Below, piece by piece: positions 17,732 to 26,008 of a stretch of 42,895 nt of DNA. The stretch's first letter is position 1. Every line of letters starts with the position of its first letter. The position numbers were made by a program, and so were the translations under genes. This DNA is from a virus. Taxonomy: Duplodnaviria; Caudoviricetes. Under the pieces are notes generated by a model. The model was not told where the DNA came from and ran no database searches. It saw only the letters and a list, made by a program, of their open reading frames with translations. Where the stretch lies: the IMG/VR virus record IMGVR_UViG_3300042503_002275, positions 1-42,895 of that record. The stretch is one strand, 5' to 3'.

Positions 17732-19002
17732 AGTACAAGGTTCGTATTTATGCCTACGAGGCCACGGGGGCCGCTGCTAGCTATGGAGTTGGAAGCCTTG
17801 TTGCGACGTTGGAAAATGCCAAGAACATTGGATATGCGGACTATGCGAACGATATTCCCGAAGCGTTCTTCACGCTCGCACAGGACGATGCTGATGCTCT
17901 TCTCGTCCGCACGTACGAGAACAAAGCGCACGTAAGGATCTACCGGGACGACGAGCTGGTCTGGGGAGGCTGGCTCGGTGAGGCGGACGCCAATACCAAC
18001 GACGTCATCTACTATTGTTACGGTTACCTCTCATCCCTTTACTCCTTGCATACCGGCTACCCGCAGCAGTGGGAAGATGTGCACCCAATCAAGACTGAGA
18101 CCAGCCCGGCAAAGGATGGTGTCGCGCAAGAGCTGTATAACCAGGTCAAGGCCTATTCCTACTCGCCTCTGCGCTGGACGACTGTGGGCACCTTGAGTAA
18201 TCCATTTACGGATGACAACTTCACGACCAAGCTGACCATCCCAAAGTATGCTGCCTACTACAAGCGTGCGCTCTTTGTCATGCGCGAGCTGGCGGCACTC
18301 GGTGCATCAGATACGACCCAGGTCTGCCGGTTCTGGATTACCCCTGACGGCCAGTTCAACTTTACCAGCGCTCCTGCTACGCACCGTCCAGAAGCAGTGC
18401 TGCGCTGGGGGGACGACCGGGTACAGAACTTTAGCGAGCGACGGATGCCCATTGAGTTCCGTAACCAGCTTGCCTTTGTCGGGTCACGTCCAAACTCCAC
18501 AGAGTCGACCATTGCAACCAACGGGGTACAGCCGATCATCGCCCCTGGAACTGGCGGTCTGCCAACACCTGCTGCTTCTGGCTACGTAGACAACCAGCTG
18601 TACCAGGTTGAGGGTGGGAATCTATTCCGTAAGACTGGTGGCTTTGGGTCAGGGTCATGGGTTGATACTGGCATCAGTGACGCCGAGCTATCGGAGTACG
18701 GCCTGCGGCAGGAATCGATTTACTATTCTTACATCCCGTCCATGTCAGACATGATGCGGATCTCTGCCCTGCGACTTAAGCGTGCCAAGCGCTATGATGT
18801 CTCGATGCAAGTATCACTTCATACCAATAGTTTCCCGTCGCCAGCGTCGTCGTCTGGCCTATGCGGCATTGGTGACACAATCCCTGTCGATATCCGATTT
18901 GGATCTACAAACGTAAACTCCAACCTCATCGTTTCCGGGTACAAGGTGATCTGGAGCAGGGAGACGGAGAACGTCCGACTTCTATTGCAGGAGGCGCCAT
19001 GA
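17728..19002 (+). CDS. Minor tail / tail-tip hub (Tal- or gp37-like) protein
   Basis: ATGA-coupled start (MKYKVRIY). VRIYRD..LVWGG, YGLRQ and GIGDTIPV patterns resemble siphovirus hub proteins that follow Dit. Confidence 0.6.
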   Translation: MKYKVRIYAYEATGAAASYGVGSLVATLENAKNIGYADYANDIPEAFFTLAQDDADALLVRTYENKAHVRIYRDDELVWGGWLGEADANTNDVIYYCYGYLSSLYSLHTGYPQQWEDVHPIKTETSPAKDGVAQELYNQVKAYSYSPLRWTTVGTLSNPFTDDNFTTKLTIPKYAAYYKRALFVMRELAALGASDTTQVCRFWITPDGQFNFTSAPATHRPEAVLRWGDDRVQNFSERRMPIEFRNQLAFVGSRPNSTESTIATNGVQPIIAPGTGGLPTPAASGYVDNQLYQVEGGNLFRKTGGFGSGSWVDTGISDAELSEYGLRQESIYYSYIPSMSDMMRISALRLKRAKRYDVSMQVSLHTNSFPSPASSSGLCGIGDTIPVDIRFGSTNVNSNLIVSGYKVIWSRETENVRLLLQEAP

Positions 19003-21128
19003 GCAATAACTATATTGACGATCTGTTTGATAACCTGCGCCGCGATCCTTTTAAGACGGACCCGACGAACCAGACCTCGTACGAGCTTCAGCAGGATTTC
19101 ATGGACGACCCACAGGGTCCAGAGGGCTGGATTGCTGACGGCGTTATCGGCGACAGCCAGCTAATCGATGGGTCCACCCTTGTCGGCAAGGTCGATACAC
19201 TGCCCACGCTTCCTGACCCTAACGGCGATTATCCAGAAGGGAAGGTTGTATACCTTACGACTAACGGCAAGCTGTACCGAAACGACTCGGATGTATGGAC
19301 AGCGGCCGTTGCCACCGTTGACTTGACTGGTCAGATCACAGGTACCCAAATCACTGATGACGCCATCACAAGTCCGAAGATTGCAGCTAATGCTATTGTC
19401 GCAGACAAGATTGCAGCCAATGCTATTACTACTGACAAGCTCAACGCTAACGCGGTGACCGCTGCGAAAATTGCAGTTGGTACTATCACTGCTACTGAGA
19501 TCGCCGCTAATACAATCACTGCTGCAAAGATCGTTGCCGGGACTATTACGGCTACCGAGATCGCCAACTCCACGATTACGTCTTCAAACATTGTCGACTC
19601 AACTATCACTGGCGCAAAGATTTCTAACGCAACTATTACTGATGCAAACATTGCCAGCCTTAATGCTGATAAGATTACTGCCGGCCAGCTAACGCTAGCC
19701 CCTATGTCGGCCACTGCAATTACCTCAAGCAACTTCACGGTAACGAATACCGGTGCGGTGACCGCAAGGGACTTGACACTTATCCCTGCTACATCAGAGC
19801 AGCAAGGTATCGACGCAGCAGCTGGAGCAATTATCCTTGAGCCCCCTACGGCTTTTGGCGCTGTAACCCTAAAGGTAACAAACTCCGATGGGACAGGAGA
19901 CTTTGACACTGTTGGCTTTAACTCAAGCGCGGGAGCTGCTGCAAACGCACCAGCAACGGTAGTTACTGATGCGGTGCATAACCTTAGGGCGGGTCAGTTT
20001 GTGTCGTTCCACAATGTCAATGCAACATGGAACGCCATTGACGCATCAAAGCCAATTCAAATCATCACAACACCAACAGCAACATCATTTACTGTTGAGC
20101 ATTTTCTAGCCCTTCCAGCGGTTGCCTCCAACAGCGCAGGGACAATCCAAGCCTACAAGCGACTAGCAGTCCGAGCAGCTGGTGGTTTGTATGTCTACCG
20201 AAACGAAACAAATGCTGGAGACATTGCTGCTGGATCTTTGGTTCTAGGAGACAACCTTGCAGCCTATGGCAAGGACAGCCTTGCAACAGTCGCCGACGGA
20301 GAACTTGCATTTATTAAAGCGGCAACCCCGCGTTACGGCAGCGGCGCAAACCTGTACTCCAGCAACGGTACGACGAATATCAACACCTCTGGAAACCTTG
20401 TGGTTGCTGGAACGATGACGGCAACAACTATCTCCGCAACAAACTACGGGCTTGTGGCTGGAGACATCCCGACCTTGACTCTTGGTACGGATACCGCTGG
20501 CAACTATGTCGCTGGCGTTACATCTGCAAACTCACTTATTGCTGTTAGCGGCTCTGGCGCTGAGGGCGCATCAGTTGTATTAACTGGCGACCTTACCCCT
20601 ACATTTACTAGCGTTTCAACAGGGACCCTGAGCGTGAGCGGTGCTGCAACATTTACAGATGACGTGAACCTTGGAAATGATACATCTGACCTAATTCGAG
20701 CAACAAACCTTTACGCCACCTCCACAATTACAAACTCACGCGACGTGAGAATTTTCTTCGGTGCAACTTCTGGGGACCGCGTTCAATGGAGGCTCTTCCA
20801 GGACTCCTCTTCACTTCGATATAAAACAAATATTGTTGACCTTCCCGATTCTGAGTCAATTCTTGATGTTGTTCCCATTACATACCACGACAAGATCCAG
20901 TTTGATGAACTTGGCGAAGAGTCCCCTAGGCAGTACGGATTCCTTGCCGAGGAAATGGCCGAAAATATTGACGGCCAATCCTACGTAGTTTATAACGAAG
21001 ACGGTACGCCAGAGGCTATCCAATACAGTCGCCTTGTTATTCCGCTCCATTCCGCTATGCGAAAACTCCGGTCCCGAATTGACGACCTAGAGACACGTCT
21101 TGCCGCACTCGAGGGTAATGTTGCATGA
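18999..21128 (+). CDS. Tail fibre/spike with C-terminal peptidase S74 intramolecular chaperone
   Basis: ITADKIAANA-type repeats; C-terminal SSLRYKTNI..YGFLAEE..IQY..L plus coiled coil. Confidence 0.85.
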   Translation: MSNNYIDDLFDNLRRDPFKTDPTNQTSYELQQDFMDDPQGPEGWIADGVIGDSQLIDGSTLVGKVDTLPTLPDPNGDYPEGKVVYLTTNGKLYRNDSDVWTAAVATVDLTGQITGTQITDDAITSPKIAANAIVADKIAANAITTDKLNANAVTAAKIAVGTITATEIAANTITAAKIVAGTITATEIANSTITSSNIVDSTITGAKISNATITDANIASLNADKITAGQLTLAPMSATAITSSNFTVTNTGAVTARDLTLIPATSEQQGIDAAAGAIILEPPTAFGAVTLKVTNSDGTGDFDTVGFNSSAGAAANAPATVVTDAVHNLRAGQFVSFHNVNATWNAIDASKPIQIITTPTATSFTVEHFLALPAVASNSAGTIQAYKRLAVRAAGGLYVYRNETNAGDIAAGSLVLGDNLAAYGKDSLATVADGELAFIKAATPRYGSGANLYSSNGTTNINTSGNLVVAGTMTATTISATNYGLVAGDIPTLTLGTDTAGNYVAGVTSANSLIAVSGSGAEGASVVLTGDLTPTFTSVSTGTLSVSGAATFTDDVNLGNDTSDLIRATNLYATSTITNSRDVRIFFGATSGDRVQWRLFQDSSSLRYKTNIVDLPDSESILDVVPITYHDKIQFDELGEESPRQYGFLAEEMAENIDGQSYVVYNEDGTPEAIQYSRLVIPLHSAMRKLRSRIDDLETRLAALEGNVA
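19355..19682 (+). repeat. About ten 10-residue repeats (ITxxKIAxxA) in the fibre shaft
   Basis: AITSPKIAAN AIVADKIAAN AITTDKLNAN AVTAAKIAVG TITATEIAAN... Confidence 0.8.
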
Positions 21129-21310
21129 CCCGTACACAGGCTGGTCTCATCTTGGATAGGCTCGAAGAGATTGAGAAGTCTTTATCAAAAATTGAGATCG
21201 AGCTGGCTGAAACCCGGGGCGGGATCAAGGTCCTACGGGCTATTGCCGCATTCCTGGGCGTCTCCGGAATTGGCGCTATACTAGCCTGGTTGTCCGCACA
21301 GGGGAAGTAG
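21125..21310 (+). CDS. Small membrane protein (holin/XhlA-like)
   Basis: N-terminal coiled coil plus C-terminal TM helix; follows the fibre gene. Confidence 0.55.
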   Translation: MTRTQAGLILDRLEEIEKSLSKIEIELAETRGGIKVLRAIAAFLGVSGIGAILAWLSAQGK

Positions 21311-21327
21311 CATTAAGGGGGATTCGC

Positions 21328-21762
21328 ATGCGTCGAGAGGTTGCCCAGTACTGTAACGATAACCTTCACCTGCTCAACCTCAAGCAGTGGACGATCAAGG
21401 TTAGCGATGACCTACCACCGGACGACGCCTGGGCTGATGTCGAGGTAAGTGAGAACCTGTGGATTGCTACCATCCGGCTGAGCAATGACTTCTTTAAGGA
21501 GACCCCGGAAAGCCAGCGCCGCATCCTCAGCCACGAGCTGATGCACGTCCATGACGCTGGGCTAGAGCGCTTCATTAATTCCCTTGAGGGTATCCTTGGG
21601 TCCCAGACTTTTGAGCTGCTAGAAAAGGCCTGGGATACGGAGACAGAGCGTGTTGCTGAGGCACTGTCGCATGTGGTTTGCAATCTGTTGCCACTGCCAG
21701 ACTTCACCCTGGCAAAGGTCCTGAAAAAGAAAGAAGCCGGAGCCCGAAGGCCCCGGCCCTAG
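21328..21762 (+). CDS. Putative zincin-like metallopeptidase
   Basis: ILSHELMHVH (HExxH) with a downstream E..AE helix; AAGGGGG RBS. Confidence 0.6.
   Translation: MRREVAQYCNDNLHLLNLKQWTIKVSDDLPPDDAWADVEVSENLWIATIRLSNDFFKETPESQRRILSHELMHVHDAGLERFINSLEGILGSQTFELLEKAWDTETERVAEALSHVVCNLLPLPDFTLAKVLKKKEAGARRPRP
21724..21757 (-). terminator. Intrinsic terminator of the - strand lysis operon
   Basis: Minus strand: GCCGGGGCC-TTCG-GGCTCCGGC-TTCTTTCTTTTT. A second hairpin, CTAGCCCA/TGGGCTAG, lies at 21759-21781. Confidence 0.8.
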
Positions 21763-21788
21763 CCCATACCGCTTGGGCTAGTTAATAC

Positions 21789-22010
21789 TTACTTAGCTCC
21801 CCGACCATAGTCGGTTGCCGTTGGGTCGACATACTTTAATGCAACCTGGAGGCCTGCCGCTACAGCCGTAGCAATAACTGCCTTGAGTGCGTCAGGGCCA
21901 GCATCAAAGATGCTAATGCCCAGACCGAGCCATACAGCGATGGCCGTTGCTACCACCGTGCGGGCAATGTCCGCAAGTGCAGCCTTGACCTTTGTAGATA
22001 CCTTAAACAT
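21789..22010 (-). CDS. Holin
   Basis: 73 aa, two hydrophobic helices, C-terminal DP...YGRG; adjacent to the endolysin. Confidence 0.75.
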   Translation of the reverse strand: MFKVSTKVKAALADIARTVVATAIAVWLGLGISIFDAGPDALKAVIATAVAAGLQVALKYVDPTATDYGRGAK

Positions 22011-22890
22011 TTTTATCCCCTCTCAGTTTACGCTTGAGATCATCAATCCGATCCCACAGCATTTGCCTGGCTGCGCCCCATGGCGTGCCATCCACCTGGT
22101 CTACCAGTAATTGTAGCTCCCGCTTAACTGCCTTGCCGTCAACCGGCTGTGGCAGCAGCCCCACCTTAGTTGGAAGCTTAGGGTCAGCAATCAACCGCTT
22201 TGCCTCCTCGAGAGACCTAATCCTCATGCTGGTTACCGTTGGATCTGCCTTCTCCATAAAGTCCGTGAGCGCTACATCGATGTCGCCTTCTGGTGGCCTA
22301 GGCTTAATCGAAGTCCAGATTAGGCAACGCTTGTGCGGAGCGTCTCCTTTGGACGAAGCAATCTGCTTAAACTGATCCAGGGTTACCGGCACAGCATATG
22401 CCTCTACGCCTACGCCGGACATCGTTGGGTCCGCAAACTGTGCCTTATCGTCGAGCTTTGCAAAGCAGACCATATGGCCGTACGGCTGACCCGGCTTAAC
22501 CTTCTCGCGCTTGCGATGCCAGACCGACATGTATACCTTTGCTGGGTAATTCTTCGCCTGCTGCACATTGACGCCAACCACAGCACCGTCGGAGAGAGCC
22601 TTCAGCACGTCTGCCCACGACTTGGGATAACGCGCCTTTAGGCCAGCGTCCTTTGATGCCTTGGCCAACTGGGCCAACGAGGTAGGGTCAGGCAAGCCAT
22701 CCCGGTCCTTGCGGCCAACCTTCTCGCCCCACTTCACACCATCGAAAGATGTGTACTTAGCTCCGGTAAGATGGTTGGATGCACACGCGAGCGTAGCCCA
22801 CGCGCAGTCATCCATCCAGTTGTCGGTAACAGTCTTGGTCTTCTTTCCCTCGATGTTGTCTGTCTGGGTTACAATCTTAAGCTTGGCCAT
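22003..22890 (-). CDS. Putative endolysin, C39-like papain-fold cysteine peptidase
   Basis: Q..DDCAWA (Cys), YGHMV (His), ADP (Asp) arrangement; next to the holin. Confidence 0.65.
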   Translation of the reverse strand: MAKLKIVTQTDNIEGKKTKTVTDNWMDDCAWATLACASNHLTGAKYTSFDGVKWGEKVGRKDRDGLPDPTSLAQLAKASKDAGLKARYPKSWADVLKALSDGAVVGVNVQQAKNYPAKVYMSVWHRKREKVKPGQPYGHMVCFAKLDDKAQFADPTMSGVGVEAYAVPVTLDQFKQIASSKGDAPHKRCLIWTSIKPRPPEGDIDVALTDFMEKADPTVTSMRIRSLEEAKRLIADPKLPTKVGLLPQPVDGKAVKRELQLLVDQVDGTPWGAARQMLWDRIDDLKRKLRGDKNV

Positions 22891-23393
22891 TACAAGTCTC
22901 CAATATTGTTCAGGATGTCCGGAAGATCAAAGTCATCATCTTTCGTCCACTCGTCAATGAACTTATCAAACTCGTCGTCGGTGTCCTCGATCAGCGGCTT
23001 GCCCCACTCACCACGGTGGAGGGCCAGGGCAATCAGCGCATAGTTGGCGATATCAAGGAGGGCATCCTCAAAGCTATCGTCCCCTTCGCCGGTATTTCCC
23101 TTGGTCTCGATTGGGTCAAGAATGAGCTTGCCATTCTCGAGCCGACCATTGAGCGACTGCCTTACACGTGCAAGTTTGTCGTCAGCAATCCGAGTAATGA
23201 CACCATAGATTCCTTGCTGCTGGATATTGTCTGGGCCATACTTACGCTGCCGGTTGATAAGGAGCTCGAGAGCCTCCGAATAGATAACCGAAAACGTTCC
23301 CTCAAAGGTGTCGGTATATTGCCCCCCACGAGACCTTGCGGCCTCGCGGAGGGCGTTCTTTTCGTCAATGTCACGATTCTTAAACGCCCCCAT
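22890..23393 (-). CDS. DUF1599/Nmad1-like protein (all-alpha NTP pyrophosphatase-like)
   Basis: RKYG..NI...G..G...R..DK..R and SFEDALLDIANY motifs. Confidence 0.75.
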   Translation of the reverse strand: MGAFKNRDIDEKNALREAARSRGGQYTDTFEGTFSVIYSEALELLINRQRKYGPDNIQQQGIYGVITRIADDKLARVRQSLNGRLENGKLILDPIETKGNTGEGDDSFEDALLDIANYALIALALHRGEWGKPLIEDTDDEFDKFIDEWTKDDDFDLPDILNNIGDL

Positions 23394-23401
23394 ACTACCC
23401 C

Positions 23402-24184
23402 CTAGCGGTGCTTGTTTCGGATGAGCGGCTTGAGGTGCTCGTACACATCCCGGAGGACTAGCACGTCTGCCTCGCAGTGCTCTCCGACATTCATGATCGC
23501 ATCATGGTCACCAGAGATTGCCAGGTTCCAGGTATCAAAGTCAAGCGGCGTCTTTGAGTTGCCGGTCTTGAAGAAGTCCTGTACCCCTGCCAGCCGGCTC
23601 GTGCCAATACGGGCTGACGAACCCTTCGAGTAGTACATCAGGTCGACATGGACTCGGTCCCCACGGACGATCTCCTTGCCACCCTTCAGCAGGCGGGCGT
23701 TCATAAACGGAATGTCAAAGAGCTTGCCATTCCATGAGACCCACTCACCGTCATACTTCTCTAGCTCGCGAGCATAGGCGTTCACCAACTCGCTGTCGTC
23801 AATCGGGCTCTGCCCCGGGTAATCCTCAATCGAAAAGCTTGTGACATTGCCCCAAGAATCTGCAATAGATCCCCACAGCATGCGCCCTACGTGCGCCTTG
23901 AGACCTGTAGTCTCAATGTCAAAGAATGCCAGTCGCGGCCCGACATAACGGTCCTTGGGCAGATCTGCCAGAGCAAACTTCTGCTCATCTTGCGATACCG
24001 TACGAGCCGTCTCGTGGGCATCGATCTGCGCCTTGATGCGCTTGAGCCGGTTACGAACCTGGTCTTCCGTAAACGGAGTACCGAGATCCTGGGTGAGTTT
24101 CTTGGCTAACTCCTTAGCCGTTGCCCCACCGAACGAGGCCTCCGTCGACAATAGTCGGCGGTCCAAATCTAGCGTCCACAACAT
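23402..24184 (-). CDS. RNase H-fold 3'-5' exonuclease (DEDD, YprB/RNase_H_2-like) with N-terminal HTH-like region
   Basis: FFDIETTG, WNGKLFDIPF, HVDL, HCEADV; AGGAGG RBS. Confidence 0.85.
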   Translation of the reverse strand: MLWTLDLDRRLLSTEASFGGATAKELAKKLTQDLGTPFTEDQVRNRLKRIKAQIDAHETARTVSQDEQKFALADLPKDRYVGPRLAFFDIETTGLKAHVGRMLWGSIADSWGNVTSFSIEDYPGQSPIDDSELVNAYARELEKYDGEWVSWNGKLFDIPFMNARLLKGGKEIVRGDRVHVDLMYYSKGSSARIGTSRLAGVQDFFKTGNSKTPLDFDTWNLAISGDHDAIMNVGEHCEADVLVLRDVYEHLKPLIRNKHR

Positions 24185-24228
24185 TGTGAACCTCCTAGCT
24201 GTATGACGGACAAGCGTCCGCCGCTTAG

Positions 24229-24255
24229 ACTATAACAGGGTTTGCAAAAACGTGT
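24229..24255 (-). promoter_or_regulatory. Extended -10 promoter, copy 1 (exonuclease-lysis operon)
   Basis: ACACGTTTTTGCAAACCCTGTTATAGT on the minus strand. Confidence 0.6.
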
Positions 24256-24267
24256 TGACTTTGGCGG

Positions 24268-24516
24268 CTACCACAGCGAGTAGTTGCGCCGGGTCTTGCG
24301 TGCGTCACGGCGGTACCCGTACCTGCCGCTTACTCTCTGGACACCCTTGCTCGCCCAGACGGTAGTCGACGGCATGTCCAGGAACGCCTTGCCAAACTTC
24401 TCCTCGAGGCCACGCTCTACCTCCAGGTAGATGGCGGCCTTAAGCGCCTTACGTAGCGCCGGATCTTTTGCTCGGTCGAGCTTCTCTCTTAGATTACTAG
24501 TTACAGTAACTTGCAT
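24268..24516 (-). CDS. Small basic protein (82 aa), candidate regulator
   Basis: Start re-called to MQVTVTS behind an AGGAGG RBS; Arg/Lys-rich. Confidence 0.65.
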   Translation of the reverse strand: MQVTVTSNLREKLDRAKDPALRKALKAAIYLEVERGLEEKFGKAFLDMPSTTVWASKGVQRVSGRYGYRRDARKTRRNYSLW

Positions 24517-24523
24517 ATAACTA

Positions 24524-24541
24524 CCTCCTGTATCTAGATAC
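24524..24541. repeat. 18-bp site CCTCCTGTATCTAGATAC, copy 1
   Basis: Identical to 34605-34622; contains the palindrome GTATCTAGATAC. Confidence 0.85.
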
Positions 24542-24618
24542 TGGTGGACCCGGCCAGGAGTTGCACCTGGCGTTACGTCCCCGCAACAGCGCGAGACCAT
24601 CTTCGCGGGCCCGGTGGC

Positions 24619-24672
24619 AGTGTACCAGGGTTTTGCAAAACGTGTGCAAACTTTCTGCGACCCTGTTATGCT
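24619..24672. promoter_or_regulatory. Divergent extended -10 promoters, copies 2 and 3
   Basis: Minus: ACACGTTTTGCAAAACCCTGGTACACT (24645-24619). Plus: ACTTTCTGCGACCCTGTTATGCT ending at 24672. Confidence 0.6.
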
Positions 24673-24696
24673 GCTCGTCCAAGAAAGGAGTACCGC

Positions 24697-25416
24697 ATGG
24701 AGTTCACCATCTCCGGGGCAATGGATGCCCACATCGAAATGCTCGAGACGCCGCGCGAACCTGACGGTAAGTGGCACCCCTCCAGCCTGTACGGCTGCGA
24801 CCGCAAGGCGGTCTATGAGATCCGGGCTACCGTACCATCGGACGAGCGAGACCCATCGAGCAAGCGCGCCCTACGACAGGGACACATCTACCACGAGTTT
24901 ATCCAGGAGGCCGTTGCCAATACGGCAGGGCTCCCGGTATACGACGAGGTAAAGATCTACTCGCCTGACCTGAACCTTACCGGTTCCGTCGACGGCGTGA
25001 TCATGCTGTCACCCGATGAGGCGCAGGTCTTGGAGTACAAGACCACCAAGGCCTGGGGCTTTAAGAAGCTCGATGGCCCAAAGGAAGACCATATTGGCCA
25101 GACAAAGGCCTATGTGTATTGCCTTCGTAAGTACGGCGGAGTCCGTCGCGACGGCGAGGTGATCCCACCACTTGGGGATAAGCTCAAGTCTGTGCGGTTT
25201 GCCTACATTTGCAAGGACGACTTCGCGATTAAGGAGTACGTCCTTGAGTACGATCCATCGTGGGATGCCGAAGTGGAGTCCCGCGTTGGTGCACTTGCAG
25301 GCTTCCAGGAAACTGGCAAGCTGCCGGAACGCCTGACCGGATCAGGCGGTAAGCGCAACTGGCTCTGTGGGTACTGCCCATTCGAGACCCGTTGCTGGGA
25401 AGTAGAGGAGGACTGA
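24697..25416 (+). CDS. Cas4-like PD-(D/E)XK exonuclease with Fe-S cysteines
   Basis: Start re-called behind AAAGGAG. PS....C.R, G...HE, GSVDG, LEYKT, Q..AY, C..CPF...C. Confidence 0.85.
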   Translation: MEFTISGAMDAHIEMLETPREPDGKWHPSSLYGCDRKAVYEIRATVPSDERDPSSKRALRQGHIYHEFIQEAVANTAGLPVYDEVKIYSPDLNLTGSVDGVIMLSPDEAQVLEYKTTKAWGFKKLDGPKEDHIGQTKAYVYCLRKYGGVRRDGEVIPPLGDKLKSVRFAYICKDDFAIKEYVLEYDPSWDAEVESRVGALAGFQETGKLPERLTGSGGKRNWLCGYCPFETRCWEVEED

Positions 25417-25417
25417 C

Positions 25418-26008
25418 ATGGCTTTCGATAAGACAGCGCTAAAGGATTACGTCGATGTAGCCGAGCGACTCCGCTCGTTCTACGGCCAGTACCCCGAGGC
25501 TCGCGTCGAGACCTCGATCATCAACCTCACGGAGAACCGTGTTGTTGTACGTGCTGAGGTCTACCGCACAGCTGACGAGACTCGTCCCGCCGGCACCGGC
25601 CACTCGGCAATGAACATTCCAGGGAGCACGCCCTACACTCGCGGCAGCGAGCTCGAGAACTGCGAGACCTCGGCGGTAGGCCGGGCTATCGTTGCGGCAG
25701 GTCTGCCGTCAAAGCGCATCGCCTCTGAGGATGAGGTTGCTGCTAAGCGTGGCGGTGACGAGGTTGCTGCTGAGCCGGAGCGCCAGGGCGCAGAACGCCT
25801 AGCAACAGAGCCGATGAAGAAGAAGTTCTTTGCCATTGCCAAGGAGGCAGGCCTCGGAGCTGAGCAGCTTAAGGCATTGTCTGCCCTGGTTACCGGCCGC
25901 ACCTCGTCGGCTGAGTATACCTTTGCCGACATCGACAAGCTCATTGCGGAAGTCAACACCAAGGGCGCTGCATTCCAGCAGGCCGTTGATGTTGTAAAGG
26001 TAGGCTGA
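25418..26008 (+). CDS. Putative single-strand annealing recombinase
   Basis: Y.DVAER...F...YP, ENCETSAVGRA, IASEDEV; lies between the exonuclease and the helicase. Confidence 0.6.
   Translation: MAFDKTALKDYVDVAERLRSFYGQYPEARVETSIINLTENRVVVRAEVYRTADETRPAGTGHSAMNIPGSTPYTRGSELENCETSAVGRAIVAAGLPSKRIASEDEVAAKRGGDEVAAEPERQGAERLATEPMKKKFFAIAKEAGLGAEQLKALSALVTGRTSSAEYTFADIDKLIAEVNTKGAAFQQAVDVVKVG

Noticed and set aside
18999-21128. Diversity-generating retroelement target in the fibre
   Set aside because: No reverse transcriptase and no TR/VR repeat pair seen.
24697-25416. Cas4-like gene as evidence of a CRISPR system
   Set aside because: No repeat-spacer array or other cas genes; the context is a phage recombination module.
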